The notes under the pieces are model-generated. The model did not search any database, was not told the origin of the DNA, and worked only from the letters and a program-made list of their open reading frames with translations. DNA of 32,000 nt. Source: Patescibacteria group bacterium (GTDB lineage Bacteria; Patescibacteriota; Microgenomatia; UBA1406; GWC2-37-13). The stretch lies in the NCBI GenBank assembly GCA_041650875.1, contig JBAZKI010000001.1:43350-75349 (forward strand). Reading direction: 5' to 3'. Of the stretch, positions 8,617-17,130 are shown piece by piece (the stretch's first letter is position 1; every line of letters begins with the position of its first letter). Position numbers and translations under genes: made by a program.

Positions 8617-9504
8617 TTAGAGAATAACGCTTTTTTCCTTTGCACTGCTGCCTGAAACATCAAGAATGTACATGTCTTCCCTATAACTGCCTAAACCAAC
8701 CAACTCGGCCTCTCCCCTCAAAATCGCCTCATAGGGACGACAATCGCGGCAGCCGGATGTTTCAGGACATTTAAAAACAGATAGTTGTCGTGCAAGTTTC
8801 ATTTTTTTAGCAATCTCAAGTATTTTTTCTTCCTGCTGTTTCATGTCCGGCATGATTTGTTTGGTCGGTTCATCACTACGTCCAATATACCAATAGCTTA
8901 TTTTTGATACGGGTTTTGATTGGCAATTTGCGGTTAAAAGGCTATAGATTGAAAGTTGCAATGACCCATCCTCTTCATCCTTTTTGCTGGTCTTGAAATC
9001 AATAATATGGACACTGTCAGTATCAGGAATATATTCCAACCAGTCTATTTTTCCGCATAATATAATATTGTCTTTTGTCGAGAGCCAGTAATATGGAAGA
9101 TCCATTTTTATCTTTACGGCAAGATTCATAAGAGGGCCAGGATTTTTCATGACCCGGTTTAACATTTCCTCACCTCTTTTTTTATATTGCTCTTCTACGC
9201 TTTCATCTGTAAAGCCTCCTTTTTTTCCTTTTATTTTTTTCCAAAGCAGATGATATGTCTCAACCGGAGATTTGGTGAAACGCTCTTCAACAGGCAAAGT
9301 CGACAAGGATTCCAGTACTTCATGGACAATTTGACCAAGCGCCAATGGAGGGCTTATGAGCTTTATTTTATGTCCTGTTTTTGGGTCACGGTACATGTTT
9401 TTCAAATAATATGCCCGCGGACACCTAAGAAAGTCGCTGATTGAGGTGTGAGAAACCCATACGGCAGTAAATTTATCCTCAGCCATGTTGTTATTGTACC
9501 ACAT
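8617..9504 (-). CDS. PD-(D/E)XK nuclease, Cas4/RecB-like, with Fe-S cluster cysteines
   Basis: Motifs present: GQIVHEVLE, GKIDWLEY, HIIDFKTSKK (D-x-K), QLSIYSLL (QxxxY). One N-terminal Cys (LRCPRAYY) plus a C-terminal CPETSGCRDC gives the four-Cys pattern of Cas4/AddB nuclease domains. The start could instead be Met7 (9486). Confidence 0.75.
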   Translation of the reverse strand: MWYNNNMAEDKFTAVWVSHTSISDFLRCPRAYYLKNMYRDPKTGHKIKLISPPLALGQIVHEVLESLSTLPVEERFTKSPVETYHLLWKKIKGKKGGFTDESVEEQYKKRGEEMLNRVMKNPGPLMNLAVKIKMDLPYYWLSTKDNIILCGKIDWLEYIPDTDSVHIIDFKTSKKDEEDGSLQLSIYSLLTANCQSKPVSKISYWYIGRSDEPTKQIMPDMKQQEEKILEIAKKMKLARQLSVFKCPETSGCRDCRPYEAILRGEAELVGLGSYREDMYILDVSGSSAKEKSVIL

Positions 9505-9510
9505 ATGGAC

Positions 9511-9539
9511 TTGACAAATGTATGTTACTATATTAAACT
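9511..9539 (+). promoter_or_regulatory. Putative promoter of the PadR / Trx-Grx operon
   Basis: TTGACA (9511-9516), a 17-nt spacer, then TAAACT (9534-9539), 10 nt before ATG 9550. No Shine-Dalgarno sequence. Confidence 0.45.
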
Positions 9540-9549
9540 TACATATAGT

Positions 9550-9903
9550 ATGAGAAAGAATTGTCCACCGGTGATTTTAGAAAATTTTTTTGAACCGTGT
9601 ATCCTATACTTACTATCAAAGAAATCAAGTTATGGTTATAAATTACTTGAGGATCTGAAAAAGAATTGTTTGTGCAGTACAAATACCGGAAACTTGTACC
9701 GCAAACTTTCTTCTCTTTTGAAAGAAAAATATATAGAGAAGAAAAAGCTTTCCGGTACAATCGGACCTGATAAAAATATGTATATAATAACCAAAACAGG
9801 AAAAAAACACCTACAGATGTGGATTTATCATCTTGAAAAACAAAAAAAGATAATCGAATCGCTTATTATCAATTACCATAAAATATATGAAACAACTGGA
9901 TAA
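9550..9903 (+). CDS. PadR-family transcriptional regulator
   Basis: I use the internal ATG at 9550, because the upstream part of the track ORF covers the promoter. Contains ILYLLSKKSSYGYKLLEDLKK...GNLYRKLSSLLKEKYIEKK, a winged-helix PadR pattern. Several Cys residues lie near the N-terminus. Confidence 0.75.
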   Translation: MRKNCPPVILENFFEPCILYLLSKKSSYGYKLLEDLKKNCLCSTNTGNLYRKLSSLLKEKYIEKKKLSGTIGPDKNMYIITKTGKKHLQMWIYHLEKQKKIIESLIINYHKIYETTG

Positions 9904-10456
9904 AAATACATTTACCTCAAGCGTTATTAATCGCAAAGGGATTGCGGTTGTAGACTTTTATGCACCGTGGTGCGGACCTTGCAAGTCTCTTGCTCCTCTC
10001 ATGTCGGACATGGACTCTGAAAACAAGGAGAAAGACGTCGTCTATGCAAAGGTTTATGTCGATGAAAACCCGGAGATTGCACAAACTTATGGAATTATGA
10101 GTATACCAACGGTTATTTTTTTCAAGGACGGTAAAGTTGCGGGTAAAAAAATCGGTCTTCACACAAAAGAAGATTATACAAAAGCGCTTCACGATGCCAG
10201 GGCATTCGATGCTGCTGTCGGCAAACACGATATTACGGTTTTCTCAACACCTACCTGTCCGTACTGCCATATGGTAAAAGACTACTTGAAAAACAAAAAA
10301 ATAGACTTTAAGGATATTGATGTCTCCGTTGATCAGGAAATGGCACGCAAAATGGTAGACAAATCCGGACAAATGGGGGTACCACAGCTTTGGATAAATA
10401 ACGAGGTGGTCGTCGGATTCAACAAAGGCGCAATTGATATGATACTGGGGATCTGA
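9887..10456 (+). CDS. Thioredoxin - glutaredoxin-like fusion protein
   Basis: The N-terminal half is a Trx fold with WCGPC. The C-terminal half is Grx/NrdH-like with TCPYC...GVPQLWINNEVVVGF. It overlaps the padR 3' end by 17 nt. Confidence 0.85.
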   Translation: MKQLDKNTFTSSVINRKGIAVVDFYAPWCGPCKSLAPLMSDMDSENKEKDVVYAKVYVDENPEIAQTYGIMSIPTVIFFKDGKVAGKKIGLHTKEDYTKALHDARAFDAAVGKHDITVFSTPTCPYCHMVKDYLKNKKIDFKDIDVSVDQEMARKMVDKSGQMGVPQLWINNEVVVGFNKGAIDMILGI

Positions 10457-10459
10457 CAA

Positions 10460-11143
10460 TTACATCTGAGAGCTTGATGAATCAGAGACAGGCGCCATAA
10501 GCTTTCTTGCTTCTTTAAGATATTTATGCGCGTTTTTATTCATATCCCGCGCGGCCTGAAGCTTTGTCTTATTTCCCGGATATTCCTCAGGTATGAGCGG
10601 ATATACTGTGTCTATTGCAGCTTGGGCTTGGGCTTTAGCATCATTTATCTTCGCAAGAACAGCAGGATCATCAGTTAAACTTGACATCTCATCAGCAAGC
10701 GCAAGTATTTTATCCGCATAAGCCATGATATGAATCTTTGGGATAAAAAGAACATAAATCCGATAGGATGTAACAATCGACCTTTTCTCTTCTTTCAGTG
10801 TGGCAGAATCTGTCTCTGCTTCAATTGTTGTTTTTAGGGTGTTTAAATTTGTTATTTCAGCCTGGATTTGTCCAATCAAAGCTGTTTTTTGCGAGTCGGT
10901 CAGTCTTCTCATATTGGTAATCCGCGCTTTCAATCCCTCAAGTCTTGACATACGACGCTCAATTTCTTTTATTGCATGCTCTTTTCTTAACTCATTTCGG
11001 TTTTCCTGCTTTTGCTGAATGCGTTCAGAACGAGCTGATGAAGCGGCAGAAGACTCGGCATGAGTAACTCCCGCTATGCTGAAAAGCATAAGTGGAATTG
11101 TCATAAATTGTATCATCCGTTTTTGTATCAGATTATTTTTCAT
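10460..11143 (-). CDS. Secreted alpha-helical/coiled-coil protein, unknown function
   Basis: I start at ATG 11143, which gives signal peptide MKNNLIQKRMIQFMTIPLMLFSIAGVTHA. The rest is heptad-rich and helical. The longer track ORF adds an implausible N-terminus. Confidence 0.6.
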   Translation of the reverse strand: MKNNLIQKRMIQFMTIPLMLFSIAGVTHAESSAASSARSERIQQKQENRNELRKEHAIKEIERRMSRLEGLKARITNMRRLTDSQKTALIGQIQAEITNLNTLKTTIEAETDSATLKEEKRSIVTSYRIYVLFIPKIHIMAYADKILALADEMSSLTDDPAVLAKINDAKAQAQAAIDTVYPLIPEEYPGNKTKLQAARDMNKNAHKYLKEARKLMAPVSDSSSSQM

Positions 11144-11229
11144 ATGTTGTCTCTTTAAATAATATATATAAATGCTAATGATATATATGCAAAATTCAGA
11201 CACAAGTTTCAAAATCCTTTATCTCCATA

Positions 11230-11556
11230 TCACTCGGCCATCACGTCTATGGCAGTATCATTAAAACTGGTATCAACTTCTTTTTCCATATTGTCAAGAT
11301 CGCTGAGTTTGGCGTCAATATCGTTTAAATTCACCGATGTTGCCTCATTCTTTTGGACATCTGTTACAGATTGCGTAGTACTCTTTATAGTCTCGACGTT
11401 TGACTTATTTTCAACAGGTGCAGATGTAAAAGGGGCTTTTTCCCTTTCTGCTGAATTTTTTTTGTTTACAATAAACGCTCCAAAAATAAGAATAATGATA
11501 AATAAAACAAATAAGATGTAAAGAGATCCTGATCCTTTTACCTGATTGTTTTGCAT
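11230..11556 (-). CDS. Small N-terminally anchored protein with acidic tail
   Basis: 108 aa with TM helix LYILFVLFIIILIFGAFIV. Confidence 0.5.
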   Translation of the reverse strand: MQNNQVKGSGSLYILFVLFIIILIFGAFIVNKKNSAEREKAPFTSAPVENKSNVETIKSTTQSVTDVQKNEATSVNLNDIDAKLSDLDNMEKEVDTSFNDTAIDVMAE

Positions 11557-11625
11557 AGTATTAAAATAATAACTTCACATTATAAGGTTAATTATAATAT
11601 ATAGTACAAATCCATATAAATAGTT

Positions 11626-12807
11626 TCACGTATTGGTAAATAGGATGGTTTTGCGCCATATTAATAAAAGGAGAATAATATAGACTAAGATAAGTTTGGG
11701 ATGATATGCTACCTGTATGGAAAACATCGCATTTGCAAGCACAAGGATCGCTGCAAATATTTCTATTTTTTTCTCTTTTGCCAGAAGAAAAAAATTAAGG
11801 ATAAGCGGTATAAATACAGGATACGAGTATCTCAAATTGGAAACATGGACTTGAAATCTGTCTCCGTTTGGAAGAAGACAAAACACGAGAAAATTCGCAA
11901 TTGAAAGAAATGTAAAAACAATCATGTTTGTATCTTTTTTTTCCTTTTTTTTGCTACGTAGAATCATATAGATAGGTAACAAAAAAAGTAAAAAACTCCA
12001 ACTAAGATATTCATTGATTAATGCGCTCATCATGCTTGCAGGGTATGTGATGAAGGCTTTCCATGTCGGTATTTCAAGCGCCCAGTTCTTGATGCCTGGA
12101 AATAAAAGAAATGCAAGAGGATAAAAAGGGTTTCCTGTAATCACATAATTACGAATATACCAAAAAATGCCAAAAATACTAACAGGCAATATAAAGCCTA
12201 TGAAACGCTTCATGGTTATCTTGGGAAGTATCTTTTTTCCAAAAAATAAAACCAGGACAGTCCCGTATAACGGACCGGAGTATTTAGTCCCGATAAGCAT
12301 CCCCGATGCGATCCCCAGCTTAATAAAATAGGAAAATTTTTTGTTTGGTTTAAGCACAAGGGATAAAGAGTATGTATAAAATACAGCAAGCCATATATCT
12401 ACAATCTGTACATTGATCCAGCGGGTAATTCCCGTACTGAGCGATATGCCAACGCTCAAGAGTATTGCCATATCGCATGTCAATCCGGCTTTTTTTCCTA
12501 GATTGTAAGCTGCCAAAAACAAACAAAAAATTGCTAAAACATTATAAAGATTAAGAGGTATATGAAGAAGCATAAAAACAGCAAGTATCCCTTCGGACGC
12601 ACCGGGAAAATATCTGTGAAGAATTGATGAGGCAGGATAAGAGAAGATTTTTCCGGCCAGATACCACTTTGCAATGGGAATGTGATACATGAGGCTGTCA
12701 AGTTCTGTTGCCCGGGTTATAATACCCGTATAAAAACCATGAAGCAGGACAAATATAAAAAAGGATAACGCAATCCTGCTAAAAAAATAGAGCGTCCGGT
12801 TTTTCAT
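11626..12807 (-). CDS. Polytopic membrane protein, probable GT-C-fold (PMT/ArnT-like) glycosyltransferase
   Basis: 393 aa with about 11 TM helices. The first loop carries an acidic ELD, and the GTKYSGP and GNPFYPL segments resemble family-39/83-like glycosyltransferases. The assignment is by pattern only. Confidence 0.45.
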   Translation of the reverse strand: MKNRTLYFFSRIALSFFIFVLLHGFYTGIITRATELDSLMYHIPIAKWYLAGKIFSYPASSILHRYFPGASEGILAVFMLLHIPLNLYNVLAIFCLFLAAYNLGKKAGLTCDMAILLSVGISLSTGITRWINVQIVDIWLAVFYTYSLSLVLKPNKKFSYFIKLGIASGMLIGTKYSGPLYGTVLVLFFGKKILPKITMKRFIGFILPVSIFGIFWYIRNYVITGNPFYPLAFLLFPGIKNWALEIPTWKAFITYPASMMSALINEYLSWSFLLFLLPIYMILRSKKKEKKDTNMIVFTFLSIANFLVFCLLPNGDRFQVHVSNLRYSYPVFIPLILNFFLLAKEKKIEIFAAILVLANAMFSIQVAYHPKLILVYIILLLLIWRKTILFTNT

Positions 12808-12824
12808 TTCAGGATTATTATATC

Positions 12825-13496
12825 TTACTTACTCCTTGCTACAAAGAGCTTTTTTACTTGATAAGACAGACGCATGTTGTGGCTTATGATAATAAAAATA
12901 CTTCCCGCAAGTACGGGTATGAACAATCGTTTATCGATAATGTAAACAGCGTAAAGACCGGCAATTTCCCCAATGATTCTTCCCAAAATCTGCTCTGAAA
13001 TTGCATGAAAAACCGCATGAAGTCCAAACGGTTTTCTCTGAAAAATACGTATTACAATTTCAACTGCCATAATAAAACTGAAAATCGTCAGAATCCAGCC
13101 GATAAATACAATCGGATTATAATAAACCATTACTCCGATAAGGCATGCTGCACCCTTACCCCCTTTAAACTTGAGAAACACCGGATAATTATGACCCAAT
13201 ATGGAAAATAATGTACCGACAGTCATGGCAAGTATTGGGTTTGGTATAAAATACTTTGAAATAACAACCGCAGCAATTGCCTTTCCCATATCCACAATAA
13301 GTACGATAGTGAAGCCTAGGATAGCATGTGACATACTCTTGTATTTCTTCAACATCCTGAAGGTATTCATTCCTCCAACATTTTTTGATCCCTCTGATCT
13401 CACATCGCGCTGCGAAAATATACGGACTACAATAAGTGCGGTCGGAATAGTGCCAAGCAGATATGAAACTAGACAGGCAAAAACAATGGAAATCAT
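12825..13496 (-). CDS. PlsY-like acyl-phosphate:glycerol-3-phosphate acyltransferase paralogue (divergent)
   Basis: LLGTIPTALIV, GSKNVGGMN (a variant of GSGNxGxTN) and HNYPVFLKFKGGKGAA. At 223 aa it is longer than canonical PlsY. Confidence 0.7.
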   Translation of the reverse strand: MISIVFACLVSYLLGTIPTALIVVRIFSQRDVRSEGSKNVGGMNTFRMLKKYKSMSHAILGFTIVLIVDMGKAIAAVVISKYFIPNPILAMTVGTLFSILGHNYPVFLKFKGGKGAACLIGVMVYYNPIVFIGWILTIFSFIMAVEIVIRIFQRKPFGLHAVFHAISEQILGRIIGEIAGLYAVYIIDKRLFIPVLAGSIFIIISHNMRLSYQVKKLFVARSK

Positions 13497-13511
13497 GATA
13501 ATAAGTGCAAT

Positions 13512-15287
13512 TTATAACACTGCGCAAATCAGGGAATCCGGACCGGTATGGATACCCAGAACCGGAGAAAGCGGACCTTCATATAAGATCTCCATATCAA
13601 TATATTTCAATTTTTCTTTCAGTCTTACAGTCTCCTCAGGATTATCCGCATGACTCAGTACCAATTTTAATTTTTTTCCATTATACTTTTTTTTGATTTC
13701 ATTGTATATGACCCGTGACAGATTTTTTCTCCCGGGAACAAATCCTTTTAATGCAATTTTTCCATACCTCAAATGAAATACCGGCTGCATAAAAACATTA
13801 CTTAGAAACTGCATCACTGTTCCCTGCAATTTGCTTATTCTTCCTCCTTCAACCATCCATGCCATATCTTTTGCAATACCAAAGACACTTATCCGGTGTG
13901 ATATCGTCTGCATATGTTTCAGAATCTGATCTATCCGATACTGTTTTTTTATCAGATGATAAGCTTCAAAAAGAAGTATGCCCTGACCTCCTCCAGCCTG
14001 ACGCAGATCCGGTATATACACCCGTTCGCGGTCTTTTGGTGAAAGCATTTTTCTGGCTTGTACTGCGCTATTATATGTTCCGGATAATTGTGAGGAAAGT
14101 GTTATGCAAAGGACCGTATCATACTTTCTCAACTGATCTTGGAACGCCTGATAATAAAGTTTCTGGGAAGGCTGCGATGTTTTAGGCCAGCCATATCTTG
14201 AAGAATTGGTTTTAATGCAACGCATCTTCTCATAAATATTTTTTCCTGTCATCTCCTGTGTTGAGTCAAGAGCAGCCCATGAAGATTGAAACGGAACAAC
14301 AACAATATCCAAGTCAACTGCAGTACCAAGAGGCAGACTGGCACCTTCATCCGTAACAAGACCTGTCGTCTTTTCTTTTGTATCCGACTGCTCCATCCCC
14401 TCTGTCATATCGTGAGTACGCATCTGAAGAACAGTGCCAAAAGATGAAATTTTTCCAATTATTTCATCCGGATAATCCGTATGAATATGTATTTTCATTT
14501 TATTATTTGCTTCGACTATATCAATACTGTCTCCCAGTTTATGCAAAACATCAACAACGTCACCTCTGGACACACGTGGAGACTGAAGAAGGGATACCAC
14601 CTCATACCTGTTGGACAAAATCTGGATAAATCTTTTCTGTCCTGATTCTTTCTTTTCCCTATATACTTCCCTTAGGGTCTTTTTATTTTCCAACCCATCC
14701 AAAAAACCTTCCATTATAAGAAGAAACCCATATCCGCCTGCATCGACAACCGTTGCTTTCTTATATAATTCCATTTTTGTCTCGGTCTGAGCCAATGCCT
14801 GTCGGGACTCTTTAATCATATGAGTAAAAAGAAGAATCAAATTGTCCATATGAGCAGTGTTTTCAAAACTGTTTGATGCCGCCTGAATTACGTCAAGAAT
14901 TGTCCCCTCCTGAGGATCTTGAATTGAGTCAATAGACTGACGCGTACCTTCTTTAAACGCTTTCTGGATGTGCTGTCCATTGATATCCCCCAAAGGCAAT
15001 AGACTTAGGAATCCATTAAAAAAACTTGTGACAATTATCCCCACATTACCGGCTGCACTTGTGAGAGCTGCATCAAGTATGACTGTAGCAAGATCCTTGA
15101 TGTGATCAAATCTCTGTTTTTCAAGTGCGTCATGAATACCCTTTAGGGTACGAGTCAAATTATCTCCAGTATCCTGATCCGGAACGGGAAACACATTGAT
15201 CTTATTAATGGCGCTTCGATTATCACGTACTTTTGTATACGCTCCTAAAAACATCTGTCTGATTTCTCTGTGTGTAATGCTCTTCAT
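13512..15287 (-). CDS. Dak2 (FakA/YloV-like) domain fused to a DegV (FakB-like) fatty-acid-binding domain
   Basis: N-terminal part: INVFPVPDQDTGDNLTRTL, AAGNVGIIVTSFFNGF. From about residue 305 on: LVTDEGASLP, KTSQPS, LSSQLSGTYNSA, GGRISK, GIHTGPDS, all canonical DegV signatures. Confidence 0.8.
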   Translation of the reverse strand: MKSITHREIRQMFLGAYTKVRDNRSAINKINVFPVPDQDTGDNLTRTLKGIHDALEKQRFDHIKDLATVILDAALTSAAGNVGIIVTSFFNGFLSLLPLGDINGQHIQKAFKEGTRQSIDSIQDPQEGTILDVIQAASNSFENTAHMDNLILLFTHMIKESRQALAQTETKMELYKKATVVDAGGYGFLLIMEGFLDGLENKKTLREVYREKKESGQKRFIQILSNRYEVVSLLQSPRVSRGDVVDVLHKLGDSIDIVEANNKMKIHIHTDYPDEIIGKISSFGTVLQMRTHDMTEGMEQSDTKEKTTGLVTDEGASLPLGTAVDLDIVVVPFQSSWAALDSTQEMTGKNIYEKMRCIKTNSSRYGWPKTSQPSQKLYYQAFQDQLRKYDTVLCITLSSQLSGTYNSAVQARKMLSPKDRERVYIPDLRQAGGGQGILLFEAYHLIKKQYRIDQILKHMQTISHRISVFGIAKDMAWMVEGGRISKLQGTVMQFLSNVFMQPVFHLRYGKIALKGFVPGRKNLSRVIYNEIKKKYNGKKLKLVLSHADNPEETVRLKEKLKYIDMEILYEGPLSPVLGIHTGPDSLICAVL

Positions 15288-15296
15288 GATCGAAGC

Positions 15297-15944
15297 TTAA
15301 CCGTTTAATGATTTCTTTATTTCTCGAAGAAAACGCACCATTGGTTCTTTACCTGCAAGTCCCATCGATATCCCGAAAGATAAAGAAACAGTAAGAATAA
15401 ATCCGATAAAAATCACCAGAATAAGCTGAGGAACTATTGCAAGTTGATAACAGATTGCAAGTACGGCAAGTGTTCGTATGGAAATATCAATGGCTTTACC
15501 CAAAAACCGCGAGTAAGTTATTTTCTCCATTTTTTTAGTACCTACAACAATTTTTTGTGAAATATCAATAAGATAAACGGATATAACAAAAATCATAAGC
15601 GATATAATGATATTTGGATAATATACTATAACTTTTTCCAAAAGAGCAGAAACAAGCGCCAAGCCAAATATCTCCATCGAAATCATCAGAAAAAGAAGAA
15701 TAAAAAATATCTGTATTATGCTTCCACCAAAGTGGGAAAAATCTATCACCATCTCAAGTTTTTCAAAAACTCCGGTCCACCCAACCCTCTCAAGAGCCTG
15801 ATTAAACCGAATTTTTTGAAAAAAAAGGATTGTCATGTTTTTTATCCATACTGAGATAAAAAAACCAAGTATGAAAACAATAAGAGCGTTAAATATGTGA
15901 ACATTGTCAAACGAAGCTTGTTGAAGTAGTATATTCCAATCCAT
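15297..15944 (-). CDS. Polytopic membrane protein, unknown function (possibly TM-helix-repeat family)
   Basis: 215 aa with 5-6 TM helices, lying between the Dak2-DegV gene and plsY on the same strand. Confidence 0.55.
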   Translation of the reverse strand: MDWNILLQQASFDNVHIFNALIVFILGFFISVWIKNMTILFFQKIRFNQALERVGWTGVFEKLEMVIDFSHFGGSIIQIFFILLFLMISMEIFGLALVSALLEKVIVYYPNIIISLMIFVISVYLIDISQKIVVGTKKMEKITYSRFLGKAIDISIRTLAVLAICYQLAIVPQLILVIFIGFILTVSLSFGISMGLAGKEPMVRFLREIKKSLNG

Positions 15945-15955
15945 AAAAAATAGTG

Positions 15956-16540
15956 TTAAATTTTCAATTTTAATTCCTTACCTTTTATCAGCCTCCCGAT
16001 ATTTTCACGATGTGCATACCATATAAGTACAATTGACACCACTCCAAAAAACACATATGCTGTCTGATCGAACATCAACCATAAAATCACTGGAATCGCC
16101 AAAACCATAAAGATATTGACCAGACTCATGATTTTGGTAATTTTAAGAATAACTAACCACACGCCAATCCAAATCATTAAAAACTGCCACCCCACAATAA
16201 TAAGCAGAGCTCCCATAAGAGTTGATACGCCCTTACCTCCTTTAAAACCCAACCAAACCGGAAATATATGACCAATGGTAGGCATAAGAAAAACAAAAAC
16301 ACGATGCCAGGGATCTTGTATAAGTAAAACTGCAAGCAAAGAAGGTATCACGCCTTTGGTGAAATCTAGGAAACCTGATACCAAACCCCACTTGATACCT
16401 AGTGCACGACTTACATTAGTCCCTCCGATATTGCCGCTGCCGATTTTACGTATATCAATATGTTTATATTTGGATATGATATAACCGAAAGGAATAGATC
16501 CAAGAAGATATCCGAATCCCGCAAGAATAAAACTTTGCAT
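15956..16540 (-). CDS. plsY: Glycerol-3-phosphate acyltransferase PlsY
   Basis: LLGSIPFGYII, GSGNIGGTNVSRALG, GHIFPVWLGFKGGKGVST; 194 aa. Confidence 0.9.
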   Translation of the reverse strand: MQSFILAGFGYLLGSIPFGYIISKYKHIDIRKIGSGNIGGTNVSRALGIKWGLVSGFLDFTKGVIPSLLAVLLIQDPWHRVFVFLMPTIGHIFPVWLGFKGGKGVSTLMGALLIIVGWQFLMIWIGVWLVILKITKIMSLVNIFMVLAIPVILWLMFDQTAYVFFGVVSIVLIWYAHRENIGRLIKGKELKLKI

Positions 16541-16562
16541 ACTCCATTATATAAGGCAAATA

Positions 16563-16628
16563 AAAAAAACACTACCCCCTCCGAAACTTCAGTCTTTTGT
16601 AAGACCCGAAAAGCGATAGTGTTTTTTT
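16563..16628 (-). terminator. Intrinsic terminator-like structure after the RRM gene
   Basis: On the minus strand, AAAAAAACACTA ... TAGTGTTTTTTT forms a 12-bp outer stem (16563-16574 paired with 16617-16628) ending in a U-run. It encloses a GTCTT-ACAA-AAGAC hairpin. The A-run and T-run flanks suggest it could act in both directions. Confidence 0.5.
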
Positions 16629-16629
16629 G

Positions 16630-16941
16630 TTAGTAAGGTCGTCTGTTGTCGCGATTGTAACCACCGCCACCTCCGCCTCGAGGTCTTTCCTCGCGGGGTT
16701 TGGCAACGTTAACAACGATTTTGCGGCCTTCAAGATCTTTTCCGGCCATCTCAGCCTCAGCTTGCTGGGCTGCCTCCTCAGTTGCAAATGTTACGAATCC
16801 GAAACCTTTTGACCTTCCTGAATAGCGGTCTTTGATGACAACGGCCTCAACGACTTCTCCATAAGCTGCGAAAAGATCTTTAAGCCCTGCATCTTCAAGA
16901 GACCAAGGTAAGTTTCCGACGTATAATTTCTTTTTGTCCAT
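16630..16941 (-). CDS. RRM-type RNA-binding protein with Gly/Arg-rich tail
   Basis: RNP-2 is LYVGNL and RNP-1 is KGFGFVTF; the tail reads RGGGGGGYNRDNRRPY. I prefer ATG 16941 (MDKKKLYVGNL), which has AAGGAGGTGA 13 nt upstream. The track start at 16965 is possible. Confidence 0.85.
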   Translation of the reverse strand: MDKKKLYVGNLPWSLEDAGLKDLFAAYGEVVEAVVIKDRYSGRSKGFGFVTFATEEAAQQAEAEMAGKDLEGRKIVVNVAKPREERPRGGGGGGYNRDNRRPY

Positions 16942-17056
16942 GTATGTGATTTCACCTCCTTTCATGAAGAAAAGCTAGTACCCTTAAAGAAAGTTGTTTT
17001 CCCCTAATCTCCAAACCGAGACTCCTCTGTAAGTGACTCCATTCTTCTAACAATAG

Positions 17057-17084
17057 AGTATACCATTTTTGAACAAATAATCAA
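17057..17084 (-). promoter_or_regulatory. Promoter of the RRM gene (extended -10)
   Basis: Minus strand: TTGATT (17084-17079), a 16-nt spacer, then TGgTATACT (-10 at 17062-17057). This implies a 5' UTR of about 110 nt. Confidence 0.5.
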
Positions 17085-17092
17085 ATGTGTTT

Positions 17093-17122
17093 TTGCAACA
17101 TAGGATAACAACCTATTATAAT
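17093..17122 (+). promoter_or_regulatory. Promoter of the DUF1295 gene, leaderless geometry
   Basis: TTGCAA (17093-17098), an 18-nt spacer, then TATAAT (17117-17122). ATG follows 8 nt later with no SD. Confidence 0.55.
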
Positions 17123-17130
17123 AGTGGTAT

